NCBI GenBank assembly: GCA_963799485.1 | Contig: CAWCXJ010000006.1 | Span: 192,001 to 256,000, forward strand | DNA from: an uncultured Trueperaceae bacterium | Lineage (GTDB): Bacteria > Deinococcota > Deinococci > Deinococcales > Trueperaceae | Length of the DNA: 64,000 nucleotides | Direction: 5' to 3' | In this document: positions 38,995-48,424 of the stretch, piece after piece | Layout of the letters: each line of letters starts with the position of its first letter | How positions within the stretch are numbered: the first letter of the stretch is position 1 | Made by a program: the position numbers and the translations under genes | Notes under the pieces: model-generated | Told to the model about the DNA's origin: nothing | The model's database searches: none | The model's input: the letters and a program-made list of their open reading frames with translations, nothing else

Positions 38995-39311
38995 CCCCTG
39001 TCTTTATCTCAAACAGCCGGTAAAGTAAAGAAAAAGTCAAGTGGAACGCGTCTAAATTTGCGAAGACGAAGAAAGAAGATGAAGAAACAGGTGGGGTCGG
39101 CTGCTTTAGCGTGAGTTCAAAGTTGCTCGAGTCGTCACTTTATAAGCGTCGTACCCATAACTTTGGAACTGAATCCGGTAGCCCTGACCAATAGGGCGTC
39201 GTCACTACGGACCGGCAGGTCTGATAAACTCGGGGCATAACCCTGTATGACCCGGCGCTTTAGAGCAGGCGCTTAAGACCTGAGCAAACCCAATTTAGCG
39301 ACGCTGAAAAG

Positions 39312-40643
39312 GTGGAGACGATGCCCGACACCCATACCTACCACATCACCCGTAACTGCCTGAAAAGCGGTTGTATGTTCCTTTCACCCTCGGCAACAGC
39401 CCTGTTTCCACGTGCGGGAGACGTTCAGGCTAAAGATACGGCGAGTGGTGAAGTGCTTGTGTTGACCCTTCTAAATGCCCGCACCGTAACCGGATTGGGG
39501 CCCCTTTACCAAAGGCATGGACTCGAGCCCAACGACCTGATAATCATCGCCAGAGACGGCGAAAGCTATACTTTGACGCCGAGCGCGCGACCTCGCCTGA
39601 CCGACTATACCCATCCCGAGGTGCAGCGCCGGATGGTCGACCGGGTCGTCGAGCAAGCACCGTTGTCCGAACGGGAAATTCGGGAACTCTTTCCCGACCT
39701 GCCGAGTGGGTTCGAACTGGCTCCGGTTTTAGCGCACGACGGTCGTTTGCACAAGTACGAAGGGCGCTGGCAGTTCGTCCCGGCAGACACCGCAGCTGAA
39801 ACGGAGCCCAATCAGGCGACGGTCAAACCCTACCGCACCTTGTCGAAAGACGATCCCCTCTTTTCCTCAGCTACCGGCGACGTGTCGCTCCACACGCGCG
39901 CTCGGGAGGCGCTGACGAGTTTCGGGTTTCGCCTCGAGCCGCGCAGTTCGGTTCAGCTTTTGGCTCACGCCGACCTGGGCCGCCGTCCGTACAGCGTGCT
40001 GGTACAACTGCTCGCCGAGGGTTCACGGCTCGACTGGACGAAGCTCTTGGCCCGCCGCCGCGACCTCAAGGTTACGTACCTGGCTGTTTTTGGCCCCCAC
40101 GAAGCGCTGTTGCGGCTTCAGTCGCCTGCGCTCGAGGCGCGCGCCACACTCTGGTCATGGCAGGCACTGGCGCGCGCCGTCGACCTCGTGGCGGCGCTGC
40201 CGGTCAGCCCCTTCGACCTCGAGCCCTACTTTGCCCAGAGTGGCCTTTTCGAGGAGGGTTTACGGCGTTTTGAACGGATGATCGAACGGCGCGTCGACAG
40301 TCGCGGGAACTTTTCTGCGGTGTTGCAGCGCCTCGCCGCGCTGCGTGCCCCCGCCGTGTTTTTGCTCGAGGACATCATGGTCGATACCAACCTTACCCGC
40401 GACCAGGTGATGAGCACGCTCAACCTCCTCAGCGAGGCACCGTTTCAGCTCGTCAGCCGGGTCGATAACGGTGAGTTTTGCTTGCGTCAAGGCGTTTATG
40501 AAAACCTGACCCAGCTTTCGCACTACGCGCTCTCGCTGACTGAGCGCCTGCCCGCGCGCCGCACCGAATACGTGCGTGGCAACGCCGCTGTCGTCGGGCT
40601 AGAAGCCGCAGTAGAGACGGCTAAAGACAGCGCCAAGTCTTAG
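39312..40643 (+). CDS. Hypothetical multidomain protein
   Basis: 443-aa ORF with host-like codon usage; no family recognised with certainty. Confidence 0.7.
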   Translation: METMPDTHTYHITRNCLKSGCMFLSPSATALFPRAGDVQAKDTASGEVLVLTLLNARTVTGLGPLYQRHGLEPNDLIIIARDGESYTLTPSARPRLTDYTHPEVQRRMVDRVVEQAPLSEREIRELFPDLPSGFELAPVLAHDGRLHKYEGRWQFVPADTAAETEPNQATVKPYRTLSKDDPLFSSATGDVSLHTRAREALTSFGFRLEPRSSVQLLAHADLGRRPYSVLVQLLAEGSRLDWTKLLARRRDLKVTYLAVFGPHEALLRLQSPALEARATLWSWQALARAVDLVAALPVSPFDLEPYFAQSGLFEEGLRRFERMIERRVDSRGNFSAVLQRLAALRAPAVFLLEDIMVDTNLTRDQVMSTLNLLSEAPFQLVSRVDNGEFCLRQGVYENLTQLSHYALSLTERLPARRTEYVRGNAAVVGLEAAVETAKDSAKS

Positions 40644-40670
40644 GTGGTAGCGTCTTGGGTCGGTAACCAG

Positions 40671-40697
40671 AAAAAGCCCCTCGAGCAAGGGGCTTTT
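40671..40697. terminator. Bidirectional terminator between convergent genes
   Basis: AAAAAGCCCCT-cgagca-AGGGGCTTTT. Confidence 0.8.
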
Positions 40698-40714
40698 CGA
40701 TCACGTAAGTGAAC

Positions 40715-41848
40715 TTAGGGGCGGAAGTTGAAACCGGCCGCCACTGTTGGATAGATGTCTTGGGCGTAACCGGTTACGTTGACCCCGTTGAAGTAGTAGT
40801 CTGCTGTACCTTCGACAAAGAAAGTAAGCGGGCCGTTGCCGAATTCAGCGCCGAGCAGCGCACCTGCGAAGGGGCCTTCAGTTGCGCCGGAATCGAAAAT
40901 CAGGTCGGCAAACTGGTAGCCGCCACCGACGCCGAGATAAGCGCTAACGGCGGAGGAGCCGAGCGTATAGGTGAGGTGACCCGCTAAAGCCATCGAGCCG
41001 GAGTCGATCAGCGACTGGCGACCGTGGTCGGCGGCGGCGCGAATCCCGAAACCTGAAACGATGTCGTCGACCCCGATCTTGATGCGGGGGCGGAAGCGGA
41101 GGTCGTCAACGGCGTTGATTTCGTAAAGCGCGCCGAGGCCAAGATAAAACTTGCCGCGTTCACCGCCGAGCGTAACCGTTTCGGGCGCTGCGACAGGTGC
41201 TAAATCAACAGCAGGTTCTTCCGGGGCAGGCTGCTCTGCGGTAGGCGTGCTTGCCGTGCCGAGTTGATCCCGGAGGTTATTGACCTGCCGGTTGAGGGCC
41301 GTAACCTGCTCTTGGAGCGCCGTAATGTCGGGGCCGGGGGCGGGGGGCGTCGGAGCCTGCTCGAGCGCAGCGACGCGGCCTTCAAGCGCCGTAAACGAAT
41401 CGGCAAGGTTGCCTGAAGGTGCGGCGGCCTCGAGTGAAGCAACCCGGTCTTGCAGGGCGCTCAGCGCTTCGCCGTTGCCTGAAGGGGCACTCTCGAGCGC
41501 GGCAATCCGGTCGGTCAGCGACCCGAGCTGGTTTTGTAGTTCGGCAACGGCGTTATTGACTGTCGCCAAATCTTCTTCGCTGAGCGCGCCCGCTGCGGCG
41601 TTGTTCTCGTCGATGACGCTCAGCAGGCGGCTGACGACGAGCGCAGCCTGGTAACGAGTAAAGGCTTCGTTACCGCGAAAGGTACCGTCGGGGAACCCGT
41701 TGACGATGCCTAGTTCGACGAGTTGCGACACCGCGTCGGCGGCGTAGGAGTCGGCAGGTACGTCGGGAAAGCTGCTTTGCGCCAGCGCTCCCCCCATAAC
41801 CCCGCCGAACGTTAGAGCTGTTACCGATGTGAGTAAAGCTTTTTTCAT
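40715..41848 (-). CDS. SLH-domain envelope protein with coiled coil and small C-terminal beta-barrel
   Basis: FPDVPADSYAADAV...GIVNGFPDGTFRG...TRYQAA; heptad region; terminal barrel strands. Confidence 0.85.
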   Translation of the reverse strand: MKKALLTSVTALTFGGVMGGALAQSSFPDVPADSYAADAVSQLVELGIVNGFPDGTFRGNEAFTRYQAALVVSRLLSVIDENNAAAGALSEEDLATVNNAVAELQNQLGSLTDRIAALESAPSGNGEALSALQDRVASLEAAAPSGNLADSFTALEGRVAALEQAPTPPAPGPDITALQEQVTALNRQVNNLRDQLGTASTPTAEQPAPEEPAVDLAPVAAPETVTLGGERGKFYLGLGALYEINAVDDLRFRPRIKIGVDDIVSGFGIRAAADHGRQSLIDSGSMALAGHLTYTLGSSAVSAYLGVGGGYQFADLIFDSGATEGPFAGALLGAEFGNGPLTFFVEGTADYYFNGVNVTGYAQDIYPTVAAGFNFRP

Positions 41849-42014
41849 TTCAACCTCTTTTCCAGTGCCGAGTTTGACAGCTTCGGCTGCGCTGATGGGC
41901 GCTTCGTAGCAGCGAACTCTAAGGAGTACGCTAGCAACAGGTGTACCCGCGTCACATTAACCTGTCTTACAAAGGTGTTGATGAGGAGGCCATGACGAAT
42001 CCTAGTCGGAAACC

Positions 42015-42347
42015 TCAACCCGCTCGAGCCTCGCTTTCTTGAACCGAGATGTAAACACGGTCGCCGCGAAGTTCGACGCCGTAAAGCCGAAGCTTTTTGA
42101 TCGCCGGAATCGTCCCCTTACCCGTTTTTAGGTCGAACTTCGCGCCGTGCCACTCGCACTTGACTGCGCCGTCTAGCAGCTCGCCGGTATGAAGCGGGTA
42201 CTCGCGGTGCGTGCAGCGGTCGGCGAGAGCGTAAAACTGCCCGTTTTGGTGAATCAACAAGACGGCTTCACCGGCGACCTCGAGTGCGTGCATCGTATCT
42301 TCGGGGAAATTAGAAACAGCGCCGACATCGACAAAGGTTTCAGTCAT
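42015..42347 (-). CDS. Rieske [2Fe-2S] ferredoxin (suf-associated)
   Basis: CTH...CEWHGAKFDLKTG. Confidence 0.9.
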   Translation of the reverse strand: MTETFVDVGAVSNFPEDTMHALEVAGEAVLLIHQNGQFYALADRCTHREYPLHTGELLDGAVKCEWHGAKFDLKTGKGTIPAIKKLRLYGVELRGDRVYISVQESEARAG

Positions 42348-42350
42348 GAT

Positions 42351-42420
42351 AGCAATGAGTGCTGGGCAATGAGCCGCGAGTAGCAGTCTTCCCCTCGTTG
42401 CCCACTGCTCGTTGCTCGTT
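42351..42420. repeat. Heptamer-built palindromic element A
   Basis: AGCAATG-AGTGCTG-GGCAATG-AGCCGCG arm with inverted CTCGTTG-CCCACTG-CTCGTTG arm. Confidence 0.7.
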
Positions 42421-42425
42421 CCTCC

Positions 42426-43739
42426 TTAAAGCTTTTCATCGACACCCGGAACGCCGAGTTTGGCCTGAACGATGCGTTCGACGTATTCGGCCACCTTGGG
42501 CAGCGTCACGCGGCTCGTAACCTCGTGCAAAAACCCGGTCACGAGGACGTGTTCGGCGACTTCCGGGGCGAGACCCCTCGAGGTCAGGTAAAAGCGCTGA
42601 TCTTCGGGAACCGGTGAGGTCGTCGAACCGTGCGAGCATCTTACGTCGTTCGCGCCGATTTCCAGCTGTGGAATACTTACGGCGTCCGAATCCGAATCGA
42701 GAAGCAAGTTACGGTTTGTCTGGTAGGCGTCGGTCTTTTGTGCGCCCTCATCGACCCGGATGAGGCCCGAATAGACTGCCCTCGAGCCGTCACGCAGCGC
42801 GCCCTTAAAGAGCAGGTCACTGTGGGCGTGGTCGGCGGCGTGGTGCTGCAAGGTGTACTGGTTATAGTGCTGCTTTTTGTCGGCGAAGTAAAGACCCAGC
42901 ATTTCGGACTCCGCGCCGGGGCCGGCCAGCTCGCACTCGACCTCGGCGCGGGCAGCGTCGGCACCTAAAGAGACGGTGAGGGACTCGAGCCGGCTGCTAC
43001 GCTCGAGTCTCGCTTTAATCCGGTTGATCTGCGCGACCGTCCGGCTCCAGTTTTGCAGCGACACGTAGCGCAAGTTGGCCCCGTCGCCCAGGATGATTTC
43101 AACCGAACCTGTGCTGAAAAGACGCTCTCCGAACTCTTCCGAGGAATACTCGTCGATAAAGGTCGCTTTGGCGTTGGCCTCGAGCACAATCAGCGTGCGC
43201 GGCGCACTGAGGCCGCCCGCATCCGCCGAATAAAACGCGCCCAAGGGCAGCTCGACCTCGGTGTTCTTAGGAACGTACAAAAATGTCCCGTTTTGCCACA
43301 AGGCCGCGTTGAGCGCCGTGTATTTGGACTGCGTAGCGTTGACGACGCTGTAGAGATGCTTTCTGACAAGCGCTTCGTGCTCTGCCAGCGCGGTGCGGAG
43401 GTCGGTGAAAACGACGCCCGTCTCGCTGATTTTCGAGTCGCGGTAGACGACCTCGCCACCCTTGTAGACCAAGACGCCCTCGGCGTCGGAGTCTGCGATG
43501 CGGGTTTCGATGCGTGTGGAAACGCTCTTGTCGGTCGGCGCAGAAACGAGTTCCAAACCGTTCAGTGCAAACCGTTTTAGGTCGGTATAACGCCAGTTTT
43601 CGTCGCGGTTAGTCGGAAAAGGCGTCGCTTCAAAGCTTCTCAGAGCGGCGCGGCGTTCGTCGGCGAGCCATACGGGTTCGTTGTAGCGTTCGCTGATTCC
43701 CTCGACGATTTGGGGGGAGATGGTTTCGGTCAGGCTCAT
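42426..43739 (-). CDS. sufD: Fe-S cluster assembly protein SufD
   Basis: ENWRYTDL, SDLLFKGAL, AQKTDAYQTNRNLLL, PQLEIGANDVRCSHG. Confidence 0.93.
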   Translation of the reverse strand: MSLTETISPQIVEGISERYNEPVWLADERRAALRSFEATPFPTNRDENWRYTDLKRFALNGLELVSAPTDKSVSTRIETRIADSDAEGVLVYKGGEVVYRDSKISETGVVFTDLRTALAEHEALVRKHLYSVVNATQSKYTALNAALWQNGTFLYVPKNTEVELPLGAFYSADAGGLSAPRTLIVLEANAKATFIDEYSSEEFGERLFSTGSVEIILGDGANLRYVSLQNWSRTVAQINRIKARLERSSRLESLTVSLGADAARAEVECELAGPGAESEMLGLYFADKKQHYNQYTLQHHAADHAHSDLLFKGALRDGSRAVYSGLIRVDEGAQKTDAYQTNRNLLLDSDSDAVSIPQLEIGANDVRCSHGSTTSPVPEDQRFYLTSRGLAPEVAEHVLVTGFLHEVTSRVTLPKVAEYVERIVQAKLGVPGVDEKL

Positions 43740-43762
43740 AAAATCCTTTCTTACCGGGTTTC

Positions 43763-44204
43763 TTATAGTAGAGCTTGGAGGCGGGTGGCGAGGTTGTTGC
43801 GGGTTTCTAAAGGAACAATCTTAGTTTCGGGAACGCCTAGATAGTCGAAAATTCGTCTACCCCTTTTTGTCTTTCGGCAGGTCAACCATTCTCGGGACGA
43901 CGTGAAAATGTAGGTGAGGGTGTTCGGGATGTTCGGCAAACAAAACTATGTATGTTTTAACTGCTCCCGTAATCTCTTGCAGCGCCTTGGAAGTCCGGTG
44001 TAACAGCGGCCCGATGCTTGCAGCTTCGGTCTCCATCAGTTCGGCAAAACTTGCGACATGCCTCATTGAAGCAATGACCAACCAGCCTGGTAGTGAGGTA
44101 TTAAACGCGTGAGCTACGCGCCAGTATTCGTCTTCGTAAATACGTTCACAAAGCGGCCCTTGCTGTCGGATGGCGGTGAGGTGGCAGGTCATGCAAGCTT
44201 CCAT
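43763..44204 (-). pseudogene. HIT-family protein with a +1 frameshift near the 3' end
   Basis: CxxC, AHAFNTSLPGW, HPHLHFHVVPR; removing one G at 43860-43863 extends the frame to TAA at 43763. Confidence 0.7.
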
Positions 44205-44212
44205 AAAGATGT

Positions 44213-44467
44213 TTACCTGTAGGCTTCCCGGCGGTGCGCGACCCGAAAAATCGTGATGACGTTCTCTGTCTTATCAACCTCGAAGACGATGCGGTAGTTG
44301 CCCACTCGTACGCGTCTAGCCGTTTCTCCTTTAAGCTGAACCGAACCATGCCTAAAAGGGTCGGTTTGCAAAGCTTCGACAGCCGTGAGAATACGAGGCT
44401 GAACGGTTGTGTCGAGGGCAGAAAGCTCTTTCGCCGCTTTCGGATGAAAGCGCAGCTTGTAATTCAC
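44213..44467 (-). CDS. RelE/ParE-family toxin
   Basis: YKLRFHPKAAKEL...LKG...RVRVGNYRIVFEV...IFRVAHRREAYR. Confidence 0.9.
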   Translation of the reverse strand: MNYKLRFHPKAAKELSALDTTVQPRILTAVEALQTDPFRHGSVQLKGETARRVRVGNYRIVFEVDKTENVITIFRVAHRREAYR

Positions 44468-44673
44468 AGGCCAAGGCGCGCTTTCATCTCCTCGAGCGAC
44501 ACATACTCTTCCGGCTCTTTGCGCCGTTGCCGAACCAGTTCAGCGTCTTGGAGGTCGAGAAGCTGGTCAACAAGTTCTTCGTACTCTTCAACGGTTAAAA
44601 GCACATGGGTGCGCTTCCCATCAGCATCGATAAGGTACTGATGGGTGTCGGGAGTCTCAAGCGTATCTGCCAC
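44464..44673 (-). CDS. Cognate antitoxin (small acidic protein)
   Basis: QYLIDADGKRTHVLLTVEEYEELV...YVSLEEMKARLGL; GTGA overlap with the toxin. Confidence 0.8.
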   Translation of the reverse strand: MADTLETPDTHQYLIDADGKRTHVLLTVEEYEELVDQLLDLQDAELVRQRRKEPEEYVSLEEMKARLGL

Positions 44674-44686
44674 AAGCGTAAGCCGG

Positions 44687-46105
44687 TTAGCCGACCGAGC
44701 CTTCCATCTCGAGTTCAATCAGACGGTTGAGTTCGACGGCGTACTCCAAGGGCAGCTCCTTCGCCACCGGCTCCAAAAAGCCGCGAACGATTAAGGCAGC
44801 GGCTTCGGCTGCTTCCAGTCCACGCGACTGCAGATAAAAAATCTGCTCGTCGTTGAGTTTCGACACCGACGCCTCGTGACCGACGTGTGCGGTTTTTTCG
44901 TTGATCTGGATGTACGGGTAGGTGTCGGTCTTGGCGGTGTCGTCTAGCAGCAGCGCGTCACACTCGACGTTGCTGCGGGCACCCGTCGCCCCCTCGTAGA
45001 TTTCAACCAGACCCCGGTACGAACTGCGTCCGCCGTCTTTGGAAATCGACTTCGACACGACGCTGCTGCTCGTGCGCGGCGCGGCGTGAACCATCTTCGC
45101 GCCCGCATCTTGGTGCTGCCCTTTGCCGGCAAAGGCGATGGATAAGACCTCACCACGTGCGCCCTCTTCCATCAGGTAGCAAGAAGGGTACTTCATCGTG
45201 ACTTTCGAGCCGAGGTTGCCGTCCAACCAGCCCATCGAGGCGTTTTTGTAGACCAGTGCCCGCTGCGTGACGAGGTTGTAGACGTTGTGCGACCAGTTCT
45301 GAATCGTCGAGTAGCGCACCTGCGAACGCTCCTTGCAGATAATTTCAATCACGCCCGAATGAAACGAGTCCGAGTTGTAGGTCGGGGCGGTGCAGCCCTC
45401 GATGTAGTGAAACTTCGAGCCCTCTTCACCGATAATCAGGGTGCGCTCGAACTGCCCCATGCTCTGCGCGTTGATTAAAAAGTACGCTTGCAGCGGCACC
45501 TCGACCTCGACGCCCGCTGGCACGTAAACGAATGACCCGCCCGACCACGCGGCAGAGTTTACGGCGGCGAAGTAGTTGTCTTCGGGCGGCACGACGGTGG
45601 CAAAGTGTTCCTTAAAGAGTTCCGGGTACTTTTGCACCGCCGAGTCCGTATCGGCGAAGATGACGCCTTTTTTCTCCCACTCTTCTTTAAGCGAGTGGTA
45701 GACCATCTCGGATTCGTACTGTGCGCCGACGCCCGCCAAGGCTTTTTGCTCCGCTTCGGGGATGCCGAGCCGACGGTAGGTTTCGCGCACCTCTTCGGGT
45801 ACGTCGTCCCACGAGTTGGTGCCGGCTTTATCCTGCGGGCGGATATAGAAATAGATGTCGTCGAAGTTCAGGTGGCTCAAGTCCGGCCCCCACTTGGGGC
45901 GGCCTTTTTTCTCGGCAATCTCGAGCGCTTTTAATCTAAACTCGAGCATCCATTCGGGTTCGTTCTTGTGATAAGAAATCTGCTCGATGACGCGGCGGTT
46001 CAAGCCTTTTTCAGAGCGGAAAAAGTACTCTTCGGGCAGGCTGAACTCGTACTGCCGTTCGTGCTGCATTCCTTGCAAGTTGGTTCCGGGAATAATCTCA
46101 GACAT
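44687..46105 (-). CDS. sufB: Fe-S cluster assembly protein SufB
   Basis: [39 protein letters not shown]. Confidence 0.97.
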   Translation of the reverse strand: MSEIIPGTNLQGMQHERQYEFSLPEEYFFRSEKGLNRRVIEQISYHKNEPEWMLEFRLKALEIAEKKGRPKWGPDLSHLNFDDIYFYIRPQDKAGTNSWDDVPEEVRETYRRLGIPEAEQKALAGVGAQYESEMVYHSLKEEWEKKGVIFADTDSAVQKYPELFKEHFATVVPPEDNYFAAVNSAAWSGGSFVYVPAGVEVEVPLQAYFLINAQSMGQFERTLIIGEEGSKFHYIEGCTAPTYNSDSFHSGVIEIICKERSQVRYSTIQNWSHNVYNLVTQRALVYKNASMGWLDGNLGSKVTMKYPSCYLMEEGARGEVLSIAFAGKGQHQDAGAKMVHAAPRTSSSVVSKSISKDGGRSSYRGLVEIYEGATGARSNVECDALLLDDTAKTDTYPYIQINEKTAHVGHEASVSKLNDEQIFYLQSRGLEAAEAAALIVRGFLEPVAKELPLEYAVELNRLIELEMEGSVG

Positions 46106-46181
46106 GGTGTCTCCCTCTGTGCTCTTAGTGCTTCGCTTCGGGTACTGCTTTCAGGTACTGCCAACTAGGTAAACAGGCGGT

Positions 46182-46943
46182 TTATGCGCCGACGGTTTCC
46201 TGCTCTTGCCGGAGCCAGTCGTAACCGCGCTGATCGAGTTCCATCGCCAGCTCTTTCGGGCCTTCCTTGATGATTTGACCCTTGTACATCACGTGAACCT
46301 TGTCGGGAACGATGTAGTTCAGAAGCCTTTGATAGTGCGTGATGACGAGTGCGCCGAACTCGGGGCCACGCGCGGCGTTGACGCCTTTGGAGACGACCTT
46401 GAGCGCGTCTACGTCCAAACCCGAATCGGTTTCGTCCAACATGGCGTATTTGGGCTCGAGTACCAGCAGCTGCAACACTTCGCTGCGCTTTTTCTCGCCG
46501 CCCGAAAAGCCTTCGTTTAAGTAGCGCTCCAAGATGTTTTCGTCCCAGTTGAGTTCTTTTACGGCTTTTTGTACCTTGTTGTAAAAGTCCATCACGCCGA
46601 TTTCGTCGTCTTCGCCCCGGCGGGCGTTAAGGGCCAGACGCAAAAAGTTCGCCATCGACACGCCCGGTACCTCGACCGGATACTGAAATGCCAGGTAGAG
46701 CCCCGCGCGGGCACGTTCGTCGGGTTCCAGCGCGAGGACGCTCTCGCCGTCGACCAAGACGTCGCCTGCGGTGACTTCGTAGACCGGGTCGCCGGCAATG
46801 ACTTTCGAGAGGGTGGATTTGCCTGAGCCGTTCGGCCCCATGAGCGCGTGAACCTCGCCTTTGGGGACGACTAAATCGACGCCGCGCAAGATAGGGTCGC
46901 CGTTGATGGTGGCGTGAAGATTACGAATTTCCAGTTGGTTCAT
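46182..46943 (-). CDS. sufC: Fe-S cluster assembly ATPase SufC
   Basis: MGPNGSGKST, AFQYPVEVPGV, GFSGGEKKR, LDETDSGLDVDAL. Confidence 0.97.
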   Translation of the reverse strand: MNQLEIRNLHATINGDPILRGVDLVVPKGEVHALMGPNGSGKSTLSKVIAGDPVYEVTAGDVLVDGESVLALEPDERARAGLYLAFQYPVEVPGVSMANFLRLALNARRGEDDEIGVMDFYNKVQKAVKELNWDENILERYLNEGFSGGEKKRSEVLQLLVLEPKYAMLDETDSGLDVDALKVVSKGVNAARGPEFGALVITHYQRLLNYIVPDKVHVMYKGQIIKEGPKELAMELDQRGYDWLRQEQETVGA

Positions 46944-47093
46944 CTTGACCTCGCTTCGTTTGACGGGATAAGGGACGGATTAGGATGCTCGAGCCCATTT
47001 TTAGGACTCATTCCGAATTAAGTATACACCGCCCGCCCATACGTGCCTAGTGTGCGGTTCGACAATCTATAGTAGCGCAGTAGGGATTAGGAA

Positions 47094-47175
47094 GAGCAGC
47101 CGTGAGCCGCGAGTACCGAGCAATGAGCAAAAGCTCAACCACCCATGGCTCATCACTTTTTACTTGTGGCAGCTC
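47094..47175. repeat. Heptamer-built palindromic element B
   Basis: GCCGCGAGTA...TACTTGTGGC and ATGAGC...GCTCAT arms; shares TGAGCCGCGAGTA with element A. Confidence 0.65.
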
Positions 47176-48098
47176 TAGTTCAGCTCTGCGAGCCTTTGCG
47201 CCAAGCGCATCCGCCGGCGCGCCAGCTCGTTGGGGAGGATTGTAAGCGCCTCTGCGTAGGCCAGCAGGTCGTGGTGCAGGCGGTAAAACGCCAGCCGCTG
47301 TTTCTCCCAGGAAGAGAGTGCGCCGTAACCCGCCATAAACTCACTTTGGCAACCGTAAGCCTCGAGGCTCCCCGTCAGGGCGGCGAGGTCGGTCATCGGG
47401 TCGCTGCGGCGGGCGTCGCCGAAGTCGAGCGCCGCCACGACGCCTGCACGCGCCGGGTCGTAAAGAAATGCATTTAAGCCGGGACGACCGTGCGTGAGGG
47501 CAATGGGCGCGTCTTGGAGGAGCGTTCGGCCGCGCCGAAGCGCTGCAATGAGTTTGGGCATATCGAGCATGTGGTCTTTGGCGGCGAGTCGCAGCGGTGT
47601 CCGCCAGAGCGCCGCAAAATCTTCCTCCAGACGCACGCCTGCGGCCTCCGGATAGGCGAGGTCGCCGGCTAACTCGAACCGGGTACGGTGCAAAAAGCGC
47701 ACGGCAGCGCCCCAGGCTACGGCTGTGTGCTCTTTGGCAAACCCGTCTTGAAGCCAGACATCGCCCAGCGTCGGGACGCTTAGGTATTCGGTCACGAGGT
47801 AAGGGTACTCGAGCCTCGTCAAGCTCACATCGGCGCGTACCAGCGGCGTGCTAAAGCCGCCTAGGAGCTCTATCGCCGCGGCGCAGCGGGCGACTCTGGG
47901 TTCGTCCGGCGCACGCTGGTTGATCCATAAAACCTGTTCTGCGTCACCCCCGAGCTGCACGTAGTAGGCGGCGTCGAGCGGTTCGGCGGCGAGGCGGCGC
48001 CACGAACGTACCGGCGCGCCAAAAACACGCCTAAGCCGTTCCGGTACGCCGGCTGAGGATGTCACATTTCGGCTGTTATGCGTTGCCAGCTGTGTCAT
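47175..48098 (-). CDS. APH/choline kinase-like phosphotransferase
   Basis: YLVTEYL, LTHGRPGLNAFL (degenerate HGD motif), ALDFGDARRSDPMTDLA. Confidence 0.75.
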   Translation of the reverse strand: MTQLATHNSRNVTSSAGVPERLRRVFGAPVRSWRRLAAEPLDAAYYVQLGGDAEQVLWINQRAPDEPRVARCAAAIELLGGFSTPLVRADVSLTRLEYPYLVTEYLSVPTLGDVWLQDGFAKEHTAVAWGAAVRFLHRTRFELAGDLAYPEAAGVRLEEDFAALWRTPLRLAAKDHMLDMPKLIAALRRGRTLLQDAPIALTHGRPGLNAFLYDPARAGVVAALDFGDARRSDPMTDLAALTGSLEAYGCQSEFMAGYGALSSWEKQRLAFYRLHHDLLAYAEALTILPNELARRRMRLAQRLAELN

Positions 48099-48424
48099 TC
48101 GTCACGCCGCCCTTTCTTTACGCAGAGATAGCATACCTTATAAGCTTAATCTTCCGTTAATCTTGACGTCCGTCCGGAATGCAATGTGTAGTCGCTTACA
48201 AACCGGTCAATTGGCTAGGTCGATCAGCCGGTTGGCTTTACTCGGGTGCTGTCCGGCTCCTTTTGCCCTGTTCTGCTAACGACAGCCTTCTCCCAAAAGC
48301 TTACTTTGGTCACACGCTCAGCGGGTGTAATTTCAGTGAGTGACTGCTTTTTGCTCCCATTTTCGCTTCAACGCCCACGACATAATCCTGGATGCGTCGG
48401 GCCGGATACGTTAGGCTCGAGGGT

